Translations under genes and position numbers: made by a program | Origin: Gammaproteobacteria bacterium | GTDB lineage: Bacteria; Pseudomonadota; Gammaproteobacteria; JAJPIJ01 | Assembly (NCBI GenBank): GCA_022072255.1 | Contig: JAJVHZ010000027.1 | Coordinates: 18,660-82,659, forward strand | DNA: 64,000 nt | Reading direction: 5' to 3' | Notes under the pieces: generated by a model | Seen by the model: the letters and a program-made list of their open reading frames with translations, nothing else | What the model was told of the DNA's origin: nothing | Databases searched by the model: none | In this document: piece after piece, positions 57,643 through 64,000 of the stretch | How the letters are laid out: the number at the start of each line of letters is the position of its first letter | How positions within the stretch are numbered: the stretch's first letter is position 1

Positions 57643-57796
57643 GCACCTCCCAAGGAACTGGCAGCAAAGAGCATTCTAGCACTACACCAAAGACCCAACC
57701 AACCAGAAAATGTCAATGAAATCCATCCCCTAGGAACAGGGAATCGTCGGGGAGGGTGGGCGGGGTTACTCGTTCTTACCAGTTGATTCGGCTTCT

Positions 57797-58315
57797 CTAC
57801 TGGGTCGTGGCCACGATTGGGGGCGTGATGCTGTCTCGTTTGGCTTCAAGGATGGCGGAGTGGATTTCGAAGGTGCTCTGGCAGTGGTCGCGAAGAGCTT
57901 GGTTTTCGTGGTGGAAGATCACTTCCATTCCCGTGAAGAGGTCGGTGTGGTTTCTGAGTACGGTTAGGTTGTGTTCGCTGGCTTCTAGAACGAGTAGGAA
58001 GTGTACTTCCTCTTCCATTCCTTCCGTGAAGAGGTCTGGTCTGGCTTTTTGGAAGTATTCGCGTGCCCGGTGCACCTGGCGGATGGTTTCTCCAACATCC
58101 GCGAGCACCGGCTTGAGTTCGCACACCTGCCAGACCCCGCCTCCCCTTCCCGCTTTACGCTTCCTGAGGACCACGTCCACCACTCCCCGGTCCCCATAGT
58201 GGTTGTAAGGCACCTCACAACCCACAAACTCGAATCCCTCCCGTAAAGAAACCGAAATAAAACTCTGCATGAGGGCCGCATGCTTCCCATCATAGATCGC
58301 CGACTCCAACACCAT
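57797..58315 (-). CDS. PD-(D/E)XK restriction-endonuclease-fold protein
   Basis: EVPYNHYGDRGVVDVVL..VCELKP..DVGETIRQV (D..ExK with following Q helix). Confidence 0.65.
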   Translation of the reverse strand: MVLESAIYDGKHAALMQSFISVSLREGFEFVGCEVPYNHYGDRGVVDVVLRKRKAGRGGGVWQVCELKPVLADVGETIRQVHRAREYFQKARPDLFTEGMEEEVHFLLVLEASEHNLTVLRNHTDLFTGMEVIFHHENQALRDHCQSTFEIHSAILEAKRDSITPPIVATTQ

Positions 58316-58431
58316 GCCTCTCCCACGCAGCAACACCTCTATAAAAAACTTCACCACCACCCCAAAGAAACAACACACGCCATAGGGGGGGGTTTTTTGT
58401 CGGGGGTGTGGGGGTGGTGAAGGGGGGACGC

Positions 58432-58923
58432 CTATTTGGCGTCCTGTTGGATTAGTGTCCAGGTGTGGTGTGAACTGTTCCAGTTGTTGGCTCGTTGGAG
58501 CCGTTTCCTGCATCTTTTCAGGAAGTGTTGGCGGCGGGTTCCGGTTGCTGGTTTGTATTGGGGGTTGCATTTGAAGCAGTTCCAGAACACGGTCCCTCTT
58601 GGGGGATCAATGGCAGGTTGAAGAGGTAGTCCGCAGTGGCACCACGCGTGGAAGGTGAGATATATTTCAGTGTTCTCTCTTGTCCTACTCACCTCTACTG
58701 GCTCTGTTTTCCATATGATCAATTCCCAGATAATCTTTCGTATCTCGTTTTTGATTTCATGCAGTCCCGTGTACATGAAGTATTTGTTGAAGGAGTATGG
58801 GTCTCTGTCGGTTACACTCCTCCAGATCAATTCCTGTAATTCTTCGATTTTTTTGATGAACGTTCCGAGGGTGCTCTTCACGTCCTGGGTTTTTTTGTTG
58901 GTTCTTTCGGTTTCTCCTTTCAT
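58432..58923 (-). CDS. fused A+B protein, tandem unit 3 (coiled coil plus CxC/CxxC domain)
   Basis: MKGET start with SD GGAGG; WCHCG..FWNCFKC..ATG..R..FLK; 163 aa equals 80+83. Confidence 0.7.
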   Translation of the reverse strand: MKGETERTNKKTQDVKSTLGTFIKKIEELQELIWRSVTDRDPYSFNKYFMYTGLHEIKNEIRKIIWELIIWKTEPVEVSRTRENTEIYLTFHAWCHCGLPLQPAIDPPRGTVFWNCFKCNPQYKPATGTRRQHFLKRCRKRLQRANNWNSSHHTWTLIQQDAK

Positions 58924-59129
58924 GTTTTTCTTGCCTCCGATCAGTTTCGATGTATTTTCCTTTTTGTGCTGTGTCTTGTTCTGTAAAGGAGATACGGTTT
59001 CTCCTTGTTTTCCAATCACAATGGTGTCAATAGTGGGTGGGGTTCAGCCCGGTCTTGGAATGGGCCCAAACAACCATTGCTTTTTCCCCTTCCCAAAGGG
59101 GGGTTGCGATATCTGCGGAGGGAGACCCC

Positions 59130-59381
59130 CTAAATGGGGTCCTCCTCTAGCAGTTGTTCCGCGTACCATACGGCATATTGGTCTCCGACTTTATCCATAT
59201 ACTCCTGGAATGATTTCAGGAATTGACGGCGGATCGGTCCGGTTGCTCGCGTAAAATGCGGGAAGCACTGAAAGCAATTCCAGAACAGGAATCCCTTTTC
59301 GGCGTTGTAGGCTGGCTCGACTCGCATTCCACAAACGCATTTGCCGGTGAATCGGGAACCAATTCCATAGGGGAAAGTCAT
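59130..59381 (-). CDS. small CxC/CxxC putative Zn-binding protein B, unit 2
   Basis: RFTGKCVCG..EPA..FWNCFQCFP..ATG..RRQFLK; ATGA overlap. Confidence 0.72.
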   Translation of the reverse strand: MTFPYGIGSRFTGKCVCGMRVEPAYNAEKGFLFWNCFQCFPHFTRATGPIRRQFLKSFQEYMDKVGDQYAVWYAEQLLEEDPI

Positions 59382-59620
59382 GCTCTCACCTCCTGGTTTG
59401 CTGCTGCGTTCAGGAATACCATTTCACTCCAGAGTACGCGGATTTTGGTTTCGATCTCTTTCATTCTCATGTGGACATACTGCCCCTGGTCTTCCGGGCC
59501 GGATTCTCCGCTTCTTGCGACGATGGATTCCTTGAGTCTTCTGGCTTCTGCCGCGAGATCGACAAGACGTTTTTCAAAGTCCCGCATTTGTCTTTTGATG
59601 CTTTTGTTTTTTCCTTTCAT
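59378..59620 (-). CDS. 80-aa coiled-coil protein A, unit 2
   Basis: SD GGAGG; MKGKNKSIKRQMRDFEKRLVDLAAEARRL..EVRA matches the ArdC C-terminal extension. Confidence 0.72.
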   Translation of the reverse strand: MKGKNKSIKRQMRDFEKRLVDLAAEARRLKESIVARSGESGPEDQGQYVHMRMKEIETKIRVLWSEMVFLNAAANQEVRA

Positions 59621-59860
59621 GTTTTCGTACCTCCGTTCTGTTTCAATATTCTTCGTTTCTTTTCAGTCCAGACCGGCTTGAAAGCCGGTGACTGAAGAGC
59701 CTGATTTCGTTTCGCCTTTCTATTCACGCGAAGCGTGGTGGCGTCAATCTGTGGCTTATGGGGATCGGTTCCGATTTCAGAACCGATCCAAGGAAGCCAC
59801 GGTTTCCCATTCGGCTTTTGGTTCCAAATGGGTTTGGCCCGATGTGTGCAGAGAGACCCC

Positions 59861-60112
59861 CTAAGTGGGGGTTTCTTGAATCCGTTCCAGAACATACTGG
59901 GCGCCGTCCCAATCTCCGGCGCGGATCATCTGCTTTCTGAATCTCTTCAGAAAGCGCCGCCGACGGCTTCCGGTTGCCTTTGTGTAAATGGGGAAGCAGT
60001 GGAAGCAGTTCCAGAACACTACTCCGAGCCCGGAATGAAAGGCGGGCTCGACGGTTCCACCACAACAACACTTTCCAGTGAAGCGGGCGTAATGCGGGTA
60101 AGGTGAGATCAT
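59861..60112 (-). CDS. small CxC/CxxC putative Zn-binding protein B, unit 1
   Basis: MISPYPHYARFTGKCCCG..FWNCFHCFP; 83 aa, same length as unit 2; ATGA overlap at 60109-60112. Confidence 0.72.
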   Translation of the reverse strand: MISPYPHYARFTGKCCCGGTVEPAFHSGLGVVFWNCFHCFPIYTKATGSRRRRFLKRFRKQMIRAGDWDGAQYVLERIQETPT

Positions 60113-61299
60113 GCTCTCACCTCCGGGTACCCTTCCGCGTTTAGTCGAACCGTTTCTCTCCAGAGTTTGCGGATTTGTGCCTCGATTTCTCCAATCCTCA
60201 TGTAGAGGTATTTCCGGTGGTCTTCCGGGTCTGGTTCTCCTCTTCGTACAAAGAGGCTTTCTTGGAGTCTTCCGGCCTCTGCCGCGAGTTCGGCTAGCCT
60301 GATCTCCAAGTCCTGCATTTGGTTTTCGATACTTTTGGTTTCTCCTTTCATGTTTTCGTACCTCCGATATGTTTCGATTTGTTTCGATTCTTCCCGGTCC
60401 GAACCGGCTTCTAGGCCGGGGACGGAAGAGCATGATTTCTTAGTGAGTGCCTGGTCTGAGCCATGGAGGCCGGCGAGGATTTCTCTCGCCGTGTCCCGGA
60501 TCGCTTCCAGGGAGTGATAAAGTGTCTCTTTGTCTCCCTGGTAGATTTGGATGTAATCGCTCGATGAGGTGCTGGTGTCCAAACCGATTACCGAACAGAC
60601 CACGAAGGCTACGGCTTCGGCTTCCGTTTCTTTCACTGTCTTGGATGGGTTTTTCTCTCCCGGTTTCTGGTGTAGAATTTCATGCGCGAACTCATGCACC
60701 AAAACAGAGAATTCCTCAGCGGCGGGAAGGCCGGGCCGAATCAGGATTTTTCCGCCTGATGAGGCCCCATCGGCGAGCCCTAAGTCCGGCGTGGATTCGA
60801 TGGCGATTCCTCTCTTCCGAATGGTCGCAACCAAGGAAGAAAGGAGTCCGCCTGGATCGCCCCGGACGCGGGCGAATTCCGGAAGGGGTTTTCCCTCTGT
60901 CTGGTTGATGTCAAAAACGTGGGCCGGACGGAATCCGAAAAGGATCTCTTCCTCGGAATCGGATTCCGTCGATTTCCTATTCCGGACGATGGGGGCAAGG
61001 ATGAGAATTCCTTTCTCACCTTTCCGGACGTTTCTTCCCAACGATTTCCAAGTTTGAAACCCGGCCACGCGAGAGGCATCGGGTTTCTGTGTGCCGATCA
61101 AGAAAACATTCCTCAGGCTGTACCGGGTAAATCTCGCCATAGTGGAAAGGTATTCCTTGAGCGTCTGGCTCTTTCCGTTCTCCAGATCCTGCGCGAGCCT
61201 TTCGAGTGCCTGATCGATCAAGCCGTGGGCGCGGGTTACTTTGGGGTGGGGCGCGCGGGGAGGGGCGCGGATGAGTGGCAAAGCAGCGGGGGAGTTCAT
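60109..61299 (-). CDS. ardC: ArdC-like anti-restriction protein (ssDNA-binding domain plus HExxH zincin) with 80-aa C-terminal extension
   Basis: RYSLRNVFLI..VAGFQTWKSLGRNVRKGEKGILILAP, HVFDINQTEG, LVHEFAHEILH, ETEAEAVAFVVC. Confidence 0.85.
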   Translation of the reverse strand: MNSPAALPLIRAPPRAPHPKVTRAHGLIDQALERLAQDLENGKSQTLKEYLSTMARFTRYSLRNVFLIGTQKPDASRVAGFQTWKSLGRNVRKGEKGILILAPIVRNRKSTESDSEEEILFGFRPAHVFDINQTEGKPLPEFARVRGDPGGLLSSLVATIRKRGIAIESTPDLGLADGASSGGKILIRPGLPAAEEFSVLVHEFAHEILHQKPGEKNPSKTVKETEAEAVAFVVCSVIGLDTSTSSSDYIQIYQGDKETLYHSLEAIRDTAREILAGLHGSDQALTKKSCSSVPGLEAGSDREESKQIETYRRYENMKGETKSIENQMQDLEIRLAELAAEAGRLQESLFVRRGEPDPEDHRKYLYMRIGEIEAQIRKLWRETVRLNAEGYPEVRA

Positions 61300-61718
61300 G
61301 CTCTCCCCCCCGTGTGCTTTGCCTGGTCAATAGCCGCCCCGATTTCCGCGCGGTTCTTATCTTTGCGTGTCGCGTAGATCGTATACACGGGCACGATAAA
61401 CGGTTTCGGGATTTGCCAGTCCTCAAGTTCTGTCTTGAGTGGTTCCGGATCGAGTTCTCCCTTGATTCTCCGAAGGACTGATTGCAGAACTTCAATTTCC
61501 TCCAAAGGGAAAAAGACCACTTGTTCATAGCCGCGCTTTCGTCTTAGATCCGGATCGATGACTCTTAAGTAAACCGTCTTGCGAACCTCCGGCGGCGTTA
61601 CTAACGGGCTGTATCTCCTCGCTAGTGCTAAATTTCCTTCTTCTTCATGCACTCCCACTAGGAAGCGCCCGATTCTTATTTCACCCAATCCGCGTTTACT
61701 CAAATGGGCGAACATCAT
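61296..61718 (-). CDS. hypothetical protein
   Basis: SD GGAGGTG; ATGA overlap with ardC. Confidence 0.65.
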   Translation of the reverse strand: MMFAHLSKRGLGEIRIGRFLVGVHEEEGNLALARRYSPLVTPPEVRKTVYLRVIDPDLRRKRGYEQVVFFPLEEIEVLQSVLRRIKGELDPEPLKTELEDWQIPKPFIVPVYTIYATRKDKNRAEIGAAIDQAKHTGGRA

Positions 61719-61773
61719 GCTTTCACCTCCATTAAGTGAAAAAAACTTGTGCTCACTGGCCGGTAGTGACACT

Positions 61774-62046
61774 CTCCCGAAAGAGACCGCTGAATAAGCC
61801 AGCGGGGAGTCCTGTGACTGGGCCGGGTCTCCAATGAGTGAAGGTTTTTTTCCATTTTTTCCTTTTACCTTTACGGCGGCACGATCGATAAACTTTTAGG
61901 GCCGCGCCCGACCCCGAAGGGGGAAAAGTTTACGTATCGGGCCGCCGTTTGAAGAAAAAATGGAAACAAAATCGAGCGAAGCCGGAGACACGGTCCACCA
62001 AACTGGACTCCCCGATGGCACAAATGTCGGCGGTCTCTTTCGGGAG
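61774..62046. repeat. ~270-bp nested inverted repeat (giant stem-loop) in non-coding DNA
   Basis: Perfect paired arms of 17, 9, 6, 13, 8 and 9 bp arranged concentrically (coordinates in findings). Confidence 0.85.
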
Positions 62047-62351
62047 GCATACAGACGCGTGCGGGTGCGTCCATGCGTTATGTTTCATCGTCACGTAATG
62101 TCGTACGGAGAGATCAAGCGGATGCATAGGGTGGGGTTCTCCCAATGGAATTCGAATTCCGGTCACTGAGACAACTGCTGTGTTTTCAAGTAGTTGGCGT
62201 TGTCCCTTTGTGTCCTTTATTGACGGCATTCTGTCCTCATTGACCCGAATAACGGACACCTTTTGAGGCAATAAGGGACAATGCGGACAGAGACTGAGGA
62301 TGGTCCAGTCAAGGGGTTGTGGGTGGATCCGGTGGAAGATACGTGAATGGT

Positions 62352-63290
62352 TCATTGGATTTCACCTGAGCGATGGTGTTCGAGCCAGGCCCTGCCGAGA
62401 GAAGGTCCCAGGATGGACTCGTTGTCCTCTTTCTGGTTTCCCGCGCGATTCCATACGAATCCGCCGATTCCTCTGGCTTGGATCTGAACCCAGTCGGTGA
62501 TCCAGATGAAATCGTTGGGAGGAACCGACTGGACTAGCCGGGACAACTGACTGGACCGTGTTCGGTCTTGTGCCACGAAGAGCAGCCGGAAACCGTTGAA
62601 CTTCACATTCCATTCGGTCTCGTAGCGCTTGTATGCATTGGATTGAAAGTAGGCTTGGTAGCGCCGGACCTTTTCCGAGATCGCCCCTTGGCTACCAGTG
62701 GCCGTGGAAAGGCCCTCGCTTCCCATGTCGATTTCCACGAAGAAAAGCAGCGCCTTTCCTGATTGGGGCTCCGTGAGTGAAAGAACTCCATCCGGTGTGA
62801 ACCATTCCAGCTCACTTTCCAGATCGGAATCGGCCGCGAATCCCGCAATGTGAGGATGACCCGATTGGAGTGGCTCCAGAAATGGATTGGTGGATGTAAG
62901 GAAGCGCACTTCAAGGAAGGTTGGCACCAAGGCCAGTTCCCGGACGGATATGGCAAACCAGTTTACGGCGAGCTGGTGCTCCAATGTCCGGGTTGAGACC
63001 CACTGAACCCGCTCGATCGAAACATCCGCGCGAAGAAGGGCGCTCTCCTTGAGGAGATTGACAGCCTCTTTGGTGAGGGTGAACACCTTCTCCGGCTGGC
63101 CCCGCTTTCCTCTGAATCCCCTCGTGCTGGAGGCAACAAGTCCCTGTTCCGCCATGCCATCCGCCCAACGCCTGGCCGAACGCACCACCCCGAATCCTAA
63201 GGCGGACATTTGTTCGCTGGTAAGAACCCCGTATTCGACGAGGAGTGCCAAGCGGGTCTTGTCCAGATCGGTAATCTTCGGATGTCCCAT
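62352..63290 (-). CDS. replication-relaxation (Replic_Relax-type) relaxase
   Basis: SD GGAGG; N-terminal winged HTH; EHQLAVNWF, FTPDG..FFVEIDMGSE..KVRRYQAY. Confidence 0.8.
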   Translation of the reverse strand: MGHPKITDLDKTRLALLVEYGVLTSEQMSALGFGVVRSARRWADGMAEQGLVASSTRGFRGKRGQPEKVFTLTKEAVNLLKESALLRADVSIERVQWVSTRTLEHQLAVNWFAISVRELALVPTFLEVRFLTSTNPFLEPLQSGHPHIAGFAADSDLESELEWFTPDGVLSLTEPQSGKALLFFVEIDMGSEGLSTATGSQGAISEKVRRYQAYFQSNAYKRYETEWNVKFNGFRLLFVAQDRTRSSQLSRLVQSVPPNDFIWITDWVQIQARGIGGFVWNRAGNQKEDNESILGPSLGRAWLEHHRSGEIQ

Positions 63291-63433
63291 CGTGAGTACC
63301 TCCCACAGGAGAGCGGCAGACGGGTCAGGTTTGTTCGGCGGTGGAGTTTGTTTTCCTTGAAAAACTCGATGTGGTGATACTCCTGGCCCGGGACACGAAA
63401 GGTTTAAGAGGATAAGGCATCTGGGATCTATCC

Positions 63434-63769
63434 ATGTTTCGATGGCTTGTTTTCGGCCTTCTGGGAGGCTTGGTCCTTGGGTGTTCCAGCACCCAAACCG
63501 GGACTCCATCGGCTTGTGAGGGGATCGACTTGTCGGGGTATGTCTTCAATCTGGAATCTGAGGTTCCCCGGATCCATCCCGACCTGGCTTTGTACTTCCC
63601 GGAGTGTGCTAATGAGATTCTCCTGGGCCACGGTCTGCAGAATCTACATGTAGCCACCTTCGAGGAGCGTCGAAATCAGTTTGGACCTCTCTGGGAGGAA
63701 TCCTTCCGGATTGAGGCGTGTGTGAACCGAACCTGGCGAGGCCGAGTTCCTTCGATCTGCCAATCATGA
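63434..63769 (+). CDS. putative small lipoprotein
   Basis: MFRWLVFGLLGGLVLGC signal peptide with lipobox; divergent from the relaxase. Confidence 0.5.
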   Translation: MFRWLVFGLLGGLVLGCSSTQTGTPSACEGIDLSGYVFNLESEVPRIHPDLALYFPECANEILLGHGLQNLHVATFEERRNQFGPLWEESFRIEACVNRTWRGRVPSICQS

Positions 63770-63918
63770 ACCTGATCTGCTGGGTGACTGTTGTCTCCCA
63801 TCAAAAGCCTTTCTTTAGTCGAGTCTGTGGTGTCATTACCCCGTCCGAACACGAATACCGAAGAGACCGCTCATTGATACAAAGGACCCGAAATCAGGAC
63901 ACAGAAAGGAGAGTCGAG

Positions 63919-64000
63919 ATGACTCTTAAGGATGATCCTCAGATAGATCCCTCCGAGGTGGAGCGGGTTTCCCGCACCACATTCCAGCGGGATGCGTGGC
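63919..64000 (+). CDS. 5' fragment of a gene running off the window
   Basis: SD AAGGAG then ATG ACT CTT AAG..., open to the end of the window. Confidence 0.45.
   Translation, partial: MTLKDDPQIDPSEVERVSRTTFQRDAW

Noticed and set aside
58432-60440. CRISPR array or DGR template/variable repeats
   Set aside because: Units are ~700-bp coding duplications with no short constant repeats or spacers, no cas or reverse transcriptase gene, and differences not confined to adenines
1-64000. tRNA, rRNA, integrase or att sites delimiting the element
   Set aside because: None recognised by eye; a tRNAscan/Infernal run and flanking sequence would be needed to exclude them

Overview
Bacterial accessory DNA in two halves; I saw no rRNA, tRNA, CRISPR array or integrase. 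(1) 0.1-37.0 kb is a heavy-metal island. It holds two CzcBA-type RND operons whose adaptor proteins carry Cys/His repeats, a CusBA-type system, two TolC-family channels, a CopA-type P1B ATPase, three paralogous Cys-rich double-YHS-like proteins, an ArsR-phosphorylase-DsrE-methyltransferase cassette, an IS21 remnant that truncates a sensor kinase, and an inverted ~1.9-kb duplication. Seven Cys-rich short ORFs head the metal transcription units. Five of the seven start 8-14 nt after a sigma70-like -10, and five have an anti-Shine-Dalgarno sequence right after their stop that matches the next gene's RBS. This suggests leader-peptide translational attenuation. (2) 37.4-64 kb looks like a conjugative or mobilisable element. 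It has a Replic_Relax-type relaxase, an ArdC-like anti-restriction protein, a VirD4-like and a HerA/VirB4-like ATPase, a WD40/TPR protein, a membrane Ser/Thr kinase and an ATPase-less Lon-type protease. An unrecognised ~195-aa helical domain occurs in four genes, once fused to that protease. This half also contains a triplicated two-gene unit with covarying stop-codon hairpins, a ~270-bp nested stem-loop, G4 motifs and extreme, patchy G+T strand skew. All family assignments come from motif recognition by eye; no database search was run. Start codons were adjusted from the ORF track where an RBS or an ATGA overlap was visible.
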